IMG/VR virus record: IMGVR_UViG_3300042546_000893
Location: 1 to 64,000 of that record
DNA length: 64,000 nucleotides
From: a virus
Lineage: Duplodnaviria; Caudoviricetes
Reading direction: 5' to 3' (one strand)
The translations under genes were made by a program, and so were the position numbers. The stretch's first letter is position 1; each line of letters opens with the position of its first letter. The notes below the pieces were generated by a model. It did not search any database, was not told the DNA's origin, and worked only from the letters and a program-made list of their open reading frames with translations. Positions 36,707-46,337 of the stretch are shown piece by piece.

Positions 36707-37063
36707 ATGGCGATCGCAACGAACCTAAACCAAAGAATAGAAGGGCAAAAACTTCTATTCACGGCTGCCACCGATACTATGATTATCGGGGGAATGGTTA
36801 GCAATCTTTCTGTAACGGATGCCTACTTTAGCTTAAAACCTTTTATGGTTAATGCTAAGATAGATCGGGGTTTTCCATTCCAACTTCAAACCAAGTTACT
36901 CGCTCCTGCATTAACAGAGGTTAAGGCTTTTGCTACCGATACCCCTGTTAATTTATTTTGGGATTCTAGCGATGGTTGGAACTCTGAAGTTTTAGAAGAT
37001 TGGAACGGGGCAATCCCTAACTTTATTCCTGTATTATCGAATATAACTATAGCGGAGATTTAA
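36707..37063 (+). CDS. Hypothetical structural protein
   Basis: First gene of a tightly packed + strand block. Confidence 0.55.
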   Translation: MAIATNLNQRIEGQKLLFTAATDTMIIGGMVSNLSVTDAYFSLKPFMVNAKIDRGFPFQLQTKLLAPALTEVKAFATDTPVNLFWDSSDGWNSEVLEDWNGAIPNFIPVLSNITIAEI

Positions 37064-37067
37064 GATA

Positions 37068-37985
37068 ATGCCTTGGATGGGTTCAAAGGCGAATATAGCC
37101 GCAATTGTGGCGTTAAACGTTGCGGACTTACAAGATGGAATTGTCTATTTTGCCTCAACAGAAAAAGCCTGGTTAGTGCTAGAAAAGACCAACACAACGG
37201 CAACCGCAAATGATAAAAGTTGCTTTACCGCAATAGGTGGTGGTAGATGGTTCCTCTCTAGGGATTCTAAAGTAGTGGCAACTACAATACCCACGGGGGC
37301 GGCTGCTATAGGAACTCGATGGGTATATCAAGAAAATGGGGCGGTTAATTCCTACGATTCGGTTATTTCTTATATTTATAATGGTACAACTTGGATTGAA
37401 TTAGATGCCAGAGTTAGGATATCAACCGGAACCCCTGCAAGTCTTTCTAAAACCCCAAATTCCAATAGAGAATCATGGCTAAATACTACGACGGGGGTGG
37501 TTTCTAACGCTCTTAACGGGAGTTGGGTGATACCGTCTTCCCCAACTCCTACACCAACTCCTACACCAACACCAACGCCAGCCCCAACACCCGCCCCCGG
37601 AACTATTGGAATCAATCAAACCGTTAACGGCTATCTTGATTATGTACTTGATGGGGACGAGGAAGTCGTCCAGAACTGGATGGACTTTGGGCTAACAGGT
37701 ACTATTACCAATCAATCAATAACAATAACGCTTGATTCAACTTCGTCAGGTTTTGAGCCATATTTGAGAATATATGCAACACATGGCTTATTTACTGCGG
37801 GGGGTGCAGCACTTCCTAACTCTGCAAGCGACGAAGATCAAGACGGTATTGTTCAGTTTACGTTTACCCCTCTTACTGTTAACATTGGTGATGTTTTTAG
37901 AATAGAAGTAACCAGTTACAATAACGACAACAATCCATCAGATAAAGACACCGGAAATTTTGTATTGTCCACTGTTTCACCTTAG
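37068..37985 (+). CDS. Tail fibre-like protein with Pro-Thr linker and C-terminal PPC-like beta domain
   Basis: PTPTPTPTPTPAPTP linker; ITITLDSTSSGFEPYLRIY...FRIEVTSY. Confidence 0.6.
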   Translation: MPWMGSKANIAAIVALNVADLQDGIVYFASTEKAWLVLEKTNTTATANDKSCFTAIGGGRWFLSRDSKVVATTIPTGAAAIGTRWVYQENGAVNSYDSVISYIYNGTTWIELDARVRISTGTPASLSKTPNSNRESWLNTTTGVVSNALNGSWVIPSSPTPTPTPTPTPTPAPTPAPGTIGINQTVNGYLDYVLDGDEEVVQNWMDFGLTGTITNQSITITLDSTSSGFEPYLRIYATHGLFTAGGAALPNSASDEDQDGIVQFTFTPLTVNIGDVFRIEVTSYNNDNNPSDKDTGNFVLSTVSP

Positions 37986-38006
37986 TTTATATCAGGAACA
38001 AAGACT

Positions 38007-38489
38007 ATGGCATGGATGGGTTCTAAGACAAATATTGCTGCAATTACGGCTCTAAATGTTTCAACTTTACAAGATGGAATATTGTTTTTTGCCCTTGCAG
38101 AGAAAGTTTGGTTAACATTAGTAAAAACAGACACTACCTCAACAGCAAATGGTAAATCATGCTTCACTGCAACTGGCGGGGGTAGATGGTTTATCTCTAG
38201 GGATTCTGAAGTGGTAGCCAGTACATTGCCAACCGGAGGGGCTGCCACAGGGACTAGATGGTTATATCAAGAGAATGGGGCGGTTAATAGTTACGATTCG
38301 GTTATCTCATACATCTACAATGGCACGACATGGGTTGAGTTGGATGCAAGAATGCGTCTCCACACCGGAACCCCCGCAAGTTTAACCAAGACTCCAAACT
38401 CAAATAGGGAGACATGGAAGAACACTAGCACTGGCATTATTTACACGGCATTTAATGGTGGTTGGGTAGCGGGTGCTGGAGGGAGCTAG
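38007..38489 (+). CDS. Paralog of the preceding N-terminal domain without the PT linker/PPC part
   Basis: Shares WMGSK.NIAAI and YQENGAVNSYDSVISYIYNGTTW. Confidence 0.75.
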   Translation: MAWMGSKTNIAAITALNVSTLQDGILFFALAEKVWLTLVKTDTTSTANGKSCFTATGGGRWFISRDSEVVASTLPTGGAATGTRWLYQENGAVNSYDSVISYIYNGTTWVELDARMRLHTGTPASLTKTPNSNRETWKNTSTGIIYTAFNGGWVAGAGGS

Positions 38490-39233
38490 TTGATTCAATT
38501 TACCTGTGGAAGTTCACAACCTTTGGACTTAACGCTATTTGACGGGGTTGTGATTGGCTACCATTGGCAGTTATTTGTTGACCGGAACGGGACTAAAAAC
38601 CCTCTGGACTTCCCAGATAAAATTATCCGAGCGCAATTCCTTTATGGGCATAAACATCAAAACCCCTGTCCATTTTCCGGTTGCGATTCAATTAAGGAAT
38701 GGGTAGGGCAACGGGTTGGGAAATTTTCTCAGGCGGATGAATGGGTACTCACCAACGAGTTCACTGATGACTTAGGGGTCGCATACCCCAACTACAAGCT
38801 CGATGACTTAAAGCGATATTGTGAAGCCGCGCATATTGCCAATCCCAAAGCTCGATTAATTTTGGGAGATTTCAAACCCCACCTATTCAATAAATGGGAT
38901 GCGATCGCCAACATCTGCCACGAATTAGCTAAGGATTTTCCTGTTGAGGTAGGGATTCAAACTCATTTGAAAACCTATAATGCTCCGGTGATCCTAACCA
39001 GATTACCTAAAATTATTGAGATGTTTGATGTTCCCGTGCATTTTATTGAAGCGAGTCTTTGGTATAAATCCGTTGCCGATAAAGCGATTTGTAATGGGCT
39101 ATGGTCGGAGTTGATATCAATAGCTGAACAGCATCAAGTCCAATCATTTTGTAATTGGTGGCTGTGTTCTGAGGATGCGGAGGTTGGGCGGCGGATGCCT
39201 ACTTTTGAGAAGTTAAGTTTATTTGTTGGTTGA
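38490..39233 (+). CDS. Glycoside hydrolase family 10-like protein
   Basis: WVLTNE, AHIANPKARLILGDF, VGIQTHL and VHFIEA parallel the GH10 motifs WDVVNE, GxQxH and ITE. Confidence 0.65.
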   Translation: MIQFTCGSSQPLDLTLFDGVVIGYHWQLFVDRNGTKNPLDFPDKIIRAQFLYGHKHQNPCPFSGCDSIKEWVGQRVGKFSQADEWVLTNEFTDDLGVAYPNYKLDDLKRYCEAAHIANPKARLILGDFKPHLFNKWDAIANICHELAKDFPVEVGIQTHLKTYNAPVILTRLPKIIEMFDVPVHFIEASLWYKSVADKAICNGLWSELISIAEQHQVQSFCNWWLCSEDAEVGRRMPTFEKLSLFVG

Positions 39234-39237
39234 GATT

Positions 39238-40170
39238 ATGACTGAAGAAACCTTGCCACCAGAAGTATTCGGTACAGGAGAAGTAATTTTTTTCTTTCCT
39301 ACCGTTGAATTTTTAGAGGAACAGGCGAAATACAATTGGGGAATGTCGGGGGATTATTATGTCTGGATCAGTTCCTACAACGGAGGAAGTTATACTGGTG
39401 TTAATCCATATTTATATGTTGGAGCTATTGCTGATATTAAGGGAGGGAATAATACATTTTATAGGTTTTCTTCTGATGATATTGGATATTTCTATAATGA
39501 GTCGTCGGCTTTGTTCTCTGTTAGCTTGCCCGATAAAATTAGTTTTGATAGCAGGAAGCTGTCATCAAAACAAAAAACGATCTACATCAGCCATGAAACA
39601 GTCCCAATAATTGGGGGAAGTTATGCTAAAACAGACCCTAATTTACTTTTAGTTCCATTCTTTGAAAATGCAACAACAATTCATAGCAACTTTTTAAATA
39701 CATCGGTTGATGGTTATTTTCTTGGGGTTGCAAAAGATGTTAATATAGTTAGGCACGAAAACGGAACCAATATAATTTTATATAACTCATCTCAAGATTT
39801 TATAGAAAAATGTTTAAATCAATTTGATAACACAAAAGATGGAGCAACATTCTGCCCTCTTGTTCCTGTATTGTCATTGGGGACTGTACCGGAAAGACCT
39901 GGGGTGGTGACGGATTACAATACAGCCCCTGTATTGATTGAGTCGAATAAAGGCAATGTGATCTATGACTGTTTATTTTTGTTTAGAGCTTCCGAGCCCG
40001 ACTATAGTGACGCTCTCGTTTGCTATGCAGCCCCACTAGAAAAAGACTATTGTATTATTAGTTCCTCTGAGTCTGATACTATCCCTGATCAGGTATTGAA
40101 AGGGAATATTCTTGAGATTAGCGAAATAAGAATTAAAACAGAATTAACCTGGGAGACTATAATTATATGA
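39238..40170 (+). CDS. Hypothetical protein (tail/fibre block)
   Basis: ~310-aa ORF coupled to next gene. Confidence 0.55.
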   Translation: MTEETLPPEVFGTGEVIFFFPTVEFLEEQAKYNWGMSGDYYVWISSYNGGSYTGVNPYLYVGAIADIKGGNNTFYRFSSDDIGYFYNESSALFSVSLPDKISFDSRKLSSKQKTIYISHETVPIIGGSYAKTDPNLLLVPFFENATTIHSNFLNTSVDGYFLGVAKDVNIVRHENGTNIILYNSSQDFIEKCLNQFDNTKDGATFCPLVPVLSLGTVPERPGVVTDYNTAPVLIESNKGNVIYDCLFLFRASEPDYSDALVCYAAPLEKDYCIISSSESDTIPDQVLKGNILEISEIRIKTELTWETIII

Positions 40171-42881
40171 GCCAAAACAAGAAAACAAGCCAAGGAAATC
40201 ACAGGCACGATACGATAGGAGACGCAGTTACAACAATTCCAATAAAAGCCAATGTTTTCTGGGTTAAATTTGTAAAGAAATCATCGCCCGTAACATTTAA
40301 GACTGGACAGTCTTGGCTTTATGATTTTGGGGCAATGCGACGATATCCTTGTGCTAGTGCATGGCAATTCGAGGATTATATTAAATCCAATAATCTCCCA
40401 ACCGCAGCAATCGGATCACGAGAGAAAATAGTTTTTAGTAAAATGATATTACACAATCCCACGGAAAGGGATATTAGATTAATTCTTAAACGCCCTGATT
40501 CACCCCATCCTGGTGATGGCTATAGCCCCGCTACTGTCTCACCTAGAGGGTCGGGTGGAGGTTATGGTGTTGGTGGTGCAGGTGGTGAACCGATAAGCCC
40601 TCAAGATATCATTTTAGTTTCTACCTATTTTGGTAAATATACTGTTAGTCTCACAGTTGAAATAACGGCAAGTTTTGATGGTCAATATGCACCATTTAAC
40701 GCACATCAAAGTGTTTACATTCTTTCTGGCCCCCCAACAGTTCAACCTGGTGGTAACACTTGTATTTATGGGAAGATTTTGTTTTACGAGGCAGGGATTG
40801 GTATGGAAGGCTTTAAAAGCGCAAGTAGTCAAGCTGATAAGATTAGCTATAAGCCTGAGATACGGGGTGGTATGTATTCCTTTGGTTTTGATACTCCTTT
40901 TACACCAATAGAAGGCGGTGGTGGCTTGTTCGTAATGACAGCTATTCACGATGCGGGTGATGGAATATGGGCAGGAAAAGCTAGAAAATTTGGACATTCT
41001 CAATATTTTGAAGGTAAATGGACTATTTTCCCCGATGACCCTCCCGTTGCACCGGGGGGTATTTCTGCTGTTTTAAAGAGAGTTGCAGTGTCTCCTGACC
41101 CCGGATTTTTACCTTTTAATATTTATTATGGCGGTGGCGGTGGCGGTGGCGGTGGCGGTGGCGGTGGCGGTGGCGGTGATCAACCATCTCATAGTCAGGC
41201 GGGGGAAAAATTGCCCCCCAAGAAATCTGATATTGTAGATTCTCCTAACTCAAAATATATGGCTGAAATATATTTTAATAACACTAAAATATATGAGACC
41301 ACTGCGAGTGAGCTTTTGTGTACATTCCCGATCAACTTAATAGGAAGCCTGCCAGACAACGACCCAGAGACAAAGGACGATGACGCTATTCCCGATGACT
41401 GGATTCACCCTTTAGACGTGATTTTAGATGACTTTACCTGGTCAGAAAGTATTGGCTCTAACTGGGGTTTATTCCCTGGGAAAATGTCTGAAATTCTGCT
41501 CACGAACAGAGAAAACTTTGATTTTGACAAGACTAAAAATGTCGATGAAATGTTAGATCCTTTAGTGCCAAACTCGTTAAATTTATATGCAAACACTAAG
41601 GTATATTCTATTTCAAAAACTCGTCATATATTCATGTTACTAGAAGGGGCGGAACAGCAGATAAAATTGGAGACTGTTGGTTCAAGTCTAGCTATAAAAA
41701 GGAATTGTAAAAATAATTATTGCTGCTTTCAGTTTAGAAGATTGACTGTTATTGAAGTCAATGGTACATCACCAAGCGTTAAATATTATCCAATTAGAGA
41801 CGGTAAAATAACGGGTTTACCAGAATGGATAAAAGAGCTTGATTATGATGGATTTTTGAATCCTTATTTCTTCTTTCCAACATCAGATAATTTATGTAGA
41901 GACGGTACTAGCTATAGTCAATCCACTTACAGATTAAATTCTCAAGGGTTAAGCACGTCAATAGGTCTCAACTCTTATACTGTTGGTCGTGAGATACCAA
42001 TGCCCAAAAAAGATACTGATTTCAATTCAGTGTTTTCTGCCCAAAGGTTTAGTAAATTTTATGTAGGAGCAAATTCTTATAAGCCGGATGATGTTAAGTT
42101 TATTTATGGATTTCCTTTTGGTGTTTACTACAAAGGTTCAGGCTATGTATTAGGAACTGGATTAGTTACCGATGATATTATTAGATACTACAATAATATA
42201 AATTATTCAAACAATGACTTGTATCTTGCCGAAAAAATAAGTGCAGGAGAAGATGATGCCATTGACAATTTTGCGCTAGGTTTGTCGTTTCCCGTTCAAG
42301 ATACCGTTAGGGTAGGTGAGATGGTTGGCAGTAGGTCATTTGTTGATTCCCTAAAAAACGGAACAGCAAGAGCGCAATTTAAGATAGCAGAGATCGAGAC
42401 TGTCAACAACGACGCATCGCATACTATCAAGACCTACGAAAAGATATATCAAACAGGTAATGTCGTCTATGGATTTTACCCTGGTTATTCTGGAGGGATA
42501 ACAAACCCCGCATGGATAACCCCCGCAATCCTTAAAGGCATTTCAGATAATTACCCAAGAAGTTTTGATTATCCAACCCAAAAATACTACGGATTTTATG
42601 ATCTGGTATATTTGAGGGATGATAACCTTGCTGCCAATATTGGAAAAAGGCAGAAATTCCCTTATATTTCTGACAATGAAAAGATTTTCAATTTTTCTGA
42701 CAATGCAAAGTTTAGACGTTCATCGCCAGTTAAGTTGCCGAAAATAAATAATATTGATAACAAAAGTTTGGTTTATTTTGTGACAGCAATCAGGACGGAT
42801 GACGAGAAAGAGAAAGAGAGGGGGGATTACATTGACCCTTTTACTATGACGAGAGAAGACCGTTTAAAATTAAGGGATTAA
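40167..42881 (+). CDS. Large hypothetical virion-associated protein with poly-Gly linker
   Basis: 904 aa; run of 16 Gly. Confidence 0.6.
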   Translation: MSQNKKTSQGNHRHDTIGDAVTTIPIKANVFWVKFVKKSSPVTFKTGQSWLYDFGAMRRYPCASAWQFEDYIKSNNLPTAAIGSREKIVFSKMILHNPTERDIRLILKRPDSPHPGDGYSPATVSPRGSGGGYGVGGAGGEPISPQDIILVSTYFGKYTVSLTVEITASFDGQYAPFNAHQSVYILSGPPTVQPGGNTCIYGKILFYEAGIGMEGFKSASSQADKISYKPEIRGGMYSFGFDTPFTPIEGGGGLFVMTAIHDAGDGIWAGKARKFGHSQYFEGKWTIFPDDPPVAPGGISAVLKRVAVSPDPGFLPFNIYYGGGGGGGGGGGGGGGGDQPSHSQAGEKLPPKKSDIVDSPNSKYMAEIYFNNTKIYETTASELLCTFPINLIGSLPDNDPETKDDDAIPDDWIHPLDVILDDFTWSESIGSNWGLFPGKMSEILLTNRENFDFDKTKNVDEMLDPLVPNSLNLYANTKVYSISKTRHIFMLLEGAEQQIKLETVGSSLAIKRNCKNNYCCFQFRRLTVIEVNGTSPSVKYYPIRDGKITGLPEWIKELDYDGFLNPYFFFPTSDNLCRDGTSYSQSTYRLNSQGLSTSIGLNSYTVGREIPMPKKDTDFNSVFSAQRFSKFYVGANSYKPDDVKFIYGFPFGVYYKGSGYVLGTGLVTDDIIRYYNNINYSNNDLYLAEKISAGEDDAIDNFALGLSFPVQDTVRVGEMVGSRSFVDSLKNGTARAQFKIAEIETVNNDASHTIKTYEKIYQTGNVVYGFYPGYSGGITNPAWITPAILKGISDNYPRSFDYPTQKYYGFYDLVYLRDDNLAANIGKRQKFPYISDNEKIFNFSDNAKFRRSSPVKLPKINNIDNKSLVYFVTAIRTDDEKEKERGDYIDPFTMTREDRLKLRD
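41130..41177 (+). repeat. (GGCGGT)8 microsatellite
   Basis: Perfect 48-bp in-frame hexamer repeat. Confidence 0.95.
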
Positions 42882-42885
42882 TCTT

Positions 42886-43599
42886 ATGCCTAATTACAAA
42901 TCCAGTGCATTTTGGGTGGCAAATACTCAAGAGTTAACCAATAATTTCACATTTGATAATACGGATGAAGATGGGCTTTTTATGTTTGTGGGAATGGGTG
43001 CTGACCAAGCAATTTATGTTTGGCGTAAAACCGGAGTTGTTAAAAATCCGCAAGATATTCCTGCCACTCTCGGATGTTGGAAGTTTTTTAGTTCAACTCA
43101 AAAAAGTGATAGTTTTGAATTAGCAAACTGGACTCTGACAAAAGCATTGATAACTAATGGAATATCTCAAAATAGAGTTGACCTGAAATCTTATGTATTG
43201 GTTTCATGGGATGATATTGTACCTAGACTGATTCCCGTTATCAATGCCAATGAAATCGCCGAAGAAAGTTATAATTTTGAAGTTGGCAATAGTGAGTTAC
43301 TAACAAATTTTTCTTATATAAGTAGTCAATTTTTCAAAGCAAGTTTAGAAAATCAAAAGTTAGCACCCGATGATGAGAACACATCACTAACCGATTTCAG
43401 TTTTATCAACAAACAATATTATTTTCAAACCATAGAAAATAAAAGGGGTTATCTTGATAATGATGTAAACACCTTGACTAATTATGACAGTATTAGAATA
43501 GGATTAGAAAGAGCGATAGCAGAAAATAATAAAATAGATTATATTAGTAATAATTCATTGTTAACTGATTGGGGGTATATATGCCTTTTACGTTTATAG
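42886..43599 (+). CDS. Hypothetical protein with internal repeats
   Basis: Recurring N..LT(N/D)(F/Y/W)..I segments. Confidence 0.55.
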   Translation: MPNYKSSAFWVANTQELTNNFTFDNTDEDGLFMFVGMGADQAIYVWRKTGVVKNPQDIPATLGCWKFFSSTQKSDSFELANWTLTKALITNGISQNRVDLKSYVLVSWDDIVPRLIPVINANEIAEESYNFEVGNSELLTNFSYISSQFFKASLENQKLAPDDENTSLTDFSFINKQYYFQTIENKRGYLDNDVNTLTNYDSIRIGLERAIAENNKIDYISNNSLLTDWGYICLLRL

Positions 43600-44561
43600 G
43601 AACCGGAGCTATTACAGACAAACCATCAGGTGCTGTACTACACTTCAATAACAAGGTTTACTGTGGAACAGCCAATGGTGGTTCGTCCAAGGGTTATATT
43701 TTTAATCCCGCTGATAACACTTTTACGACTTTCACTTTACCAAATTCCGATTATTACCCAAGAGTTTTATTGTTAGATGGTAGGATTCTTTTTTGTGGAG
43801 TTGTAAATAATAGAAGTTGGTTACTGGTAAATGAAGATGGAACCTATCAGACACTTAATGATTGGACTTTTCGCGTTAATAATGCCTCGTTGATGCGTGA
43901 TGGAAAAGTTGCTATTTGTAATGCAACTATTGATAGGAGATTTGGTTTTTTTAATCCAAAGACTACGTTTTTTGAATATTTCCCTAATACTCCATCTGTT
44001 TTATCGGACATCACACCAGCTACAACAACATTACTACCTGATGGGAAATTATTATTAGTTAATAATAGTTCTACATATCAGGCATATATATATAATCCAT
44101 TTAATCATGTTTGGGAACAAATAGATTCAAACGGATTTAATGCTTCAAATACCTGGGACAACGAAGGTGCATTGCTTTATGATGGTGGTTTGGCTGTCTT
44201 TGGTAATGTTCATGGGTTAAATTTAATTGATATTTACAGTAAAAAGATAATAGACCAAGAAGGGATGACTGGTTCAAGCGTTGCTTTTACTAGATTGTCT
44301 CCTGATGGTGATGTTTTCTTGGTTAATAGTTCAACAATAAACAAATATCACATTGAAAATAATATTTTAACTAATGTTGGACATACAACGCTGCCAACGT
44401 TACAGCAACTCCCTAGTGGTATGGTGATGCTACCATCAGGAAAAATGTTTTATTGTACACATGGTGCAGTATTAGATAATAATGGTTTCACAATTTGGGA
44501 TTCATCTTTGGGAACTTTACCCAAAGAGGTTTGTTTAAGTGCTTTTTATAATAGAGGGTAA
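43581..44561 (+). CDS. Kelch-like beta-propeller protein
   Basis: Repeated LLxDGR/K motifs and YNP; ends LSAFYNRG. Confidence 0.7.
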   Translation: MPFTFIGTGAITDKPSGAVLHFNNKVYCGTANGGSSKGYIFNPADNTFTTFTLPNSDYYPRVLLLDGRILFCGVVNNRSWLLVNEDGTYQTLNDWTFRVNNASLMRDGKVAICNATIDRRFGFFNPKTTFFEYFPNTPSVLSDITPATTTLLPDGKLLLVNNSSTYQAYIYNPFNHVWEQIDSNGFNASNTWDNEGALLYDGGLAVFGNVHGLNLIDIYSKKIIDQEGMTGSSVAFTRLSPDGDVFLVNSSTINKYHIENNILTNVGHTTLPTLQQLPSGMVMLPSGKMFYCTHGAVLDNNGFTIWDSSLGTLPKEVCLSAFYNRG

Positions 44562-44564
44562 ATC

Positions 44565-45587
44565 ATGTTATTTGTTGCTGATTCTGGTAGTTTTTTAAAA
44601 AGAATTGACAATATGGTTTTGATGCCGGACGGTAATGTATTCTGCAAGTTTACAGAGAAAACGTGGGGCTATTCAATTTATAACCCTTTGACAAATTTAA
44701 GGGGTGCTGACTTTGCTAATCACGAATATGCTACTAATTCACCAAGTTATGGAAAGGGTGTTTTATGTGCCGATAAAAAAACTATTGTTTTCCCCCCTAG
44801 AAATTGGAAAAAACCTTTAATTTATAATAGTCAAGCAAACACATTTAACATCACCTCAACATGGGAAGAAGAAATAATAACGGTCACAACCAATAGATAT
44901 TTAGGGGGGACGTTACTACCTGATGGTAGGGTGTTTTTTCCTCCGTATAATGCTCTATATGCAGCAATTTACAACCCATTAGATGATAGTGTTCAAAAGA
45001 TTACAACAGTATTCTCAGGAGGGTCAACACCCGCCTATAACGGTGCTTACCTGTTGCCCAATGGTAAGATATTTTTGATTGCAGGAACTAAAGCGTTTGC
45101 GTTATTAGATTTAGGTAATTTAGTTTTAACTGAAATTTCTGAATTGACAAATTATAAACGATATATTCATGCTGTGATGACTGTTGATGAATTGTTGGTT
45201 TTGTTTCCTGAACCTGGATATAATAATAAATGTTTAATTTATGATTACGCTTCAAATAGTTTAGTCAATTCAAATAGTATTGACCCATCGGATGCGACCT
45301 GTAAAGGTGTTTCTCTGTTGGGGAATGGTAGTATTTTAGCTTTATATCCCACGGGGTTGTGGAGTATTAAGATTAAAAATAATGGTAGTTTATTTGAAAA
45401 AACTAAACTCCACTTAAACACTGAATTAGATATTAATTCTAAAATGATTGGGTTATTAAATGGCAATAGCTTGATAGTTCCTGAAGGTACGGGTATAAGC
45501 AATATACCTTATATTTTTAAACCTGGAATTGATTTAGTCCCATTTCATCCCTCTGTTTATCTGTCACCATTTTATAACCGGAGCTAA
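44565..45587 (+). CDS. Kelch-like beta-propeller protein (paralog)
   Basis: LLPDGRVFFPP and LLPNGKIF repeats; ends LSPFYNRS. Confidence 0.7.
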   Translation: MLFVADSGSFLKRIDNMVLMPDGNVFCKFTEKTWGYSIYNPLTNLRGADFANHEYATNSPSYGKGVLCADKKTIVFPPRNWKKPLIYNSQANTFNITSTWEEEIITVTTNRYLGGTLLPDGRVFFPPYNALYAAIYNPLDDSVQKITTVFSGGSTPAYNGAYLLPNGKIFLIAGTKAFALLDLGNLVLTEISELTNYKRYIHAVMTVDELLVLFPEPGYNNKCLIYDYASNSLVNSNSIDPSDATCKGVSLLGNGSILALYPTGLWSIKIKNNGSLFEKTKLHLNTELDINSKMIGLLNGNSLIVPEGTGISNIPYIFKPGIDLVPFHPSVYLSPFYNRS

Positions 45588-45940
45588 CATAATCAGTTGT
45601 CGTTGGCATTTCTCCCTCTGATCTCTCCAATAATATTCTAACACCCAAACCCATAAAACAAAAAGCCACCAAGCGGATGCCGGGTAACTTTAAGAGAGAA
45701 TCTTTCCACCAGTATTATTATAACACGAAAACATTAACATAATCAGTCGTTATTGGTATTGCGATCGCACTCCTCGTCCACGGGATAAAAAACTATATAT
45801 CCCTTTGAGTTTATCGTCACTTTACACTTAATCGTCTTCCCTTGATTGTCGAGTAAATACCCCACAATCGACGGCGTAGCTATTTCCGTTAATGCTGTTT
45901 CTGTTGTCATTTTACTTCCTCAATTCTTATCTAAATTTGT

Positions 45941-46213
45941 TCATGTTGATCTTTTCCACGCTTTTCTGCAATCTTCAGAAGTGAACTTGTACAGTGTTCC
46001 TTTATCACGAGATGTCTTGCCGCCTTTACGACCTATCTCAGTCATGTAGTCTTTGTTTCGTGATGTGGAAACCCCACCATCGCTACACTCGTTTGGCGTG
46101 AATTTATGAAGCGTTCCTTTATCGTGAGATGCTTTACCCCCTTTGCTAGAAACCTCCCGACGTTTTTCTGGGCTCATAGCAGCAAAACCACATTTCTTAT
46201 TTTCTGATTTCAT
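45941..46213 (-). CDS. KGG-repeat stress-induced protein (YciG/GsiB/con-10-like)
   Basis: GFAAMSPEKRREVSSKGG and EIGRKGG. Confidence 0.85.
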   Translation of the reverse strand: MKSENKKCGFAAMSPEKRREVSSKGGKASHDKGTLHKFTPNECSDGGVSTSRNKDYMTEIGRKGGKTSRDKGTLYKFTSEDCRKAWKRST

Positions 46214-46337
46214 AATTTTACTAACATCTAAGTTAATATTTATTTTAACACAAATACTTTATAATAAAGAAAAAGTATCTGAGTTTGTAGAGCATCTCAG
46301 ATACTTTTAAAAAGCAAACACACAAAGCAACAACATA

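Noticed and set aside
37068-38489. Diversity-generating retroelement template/variable repeat pair
   Set aside because: Differences are not adenine-specific, both copies are full genes, and no reverse transcriptase is in the window
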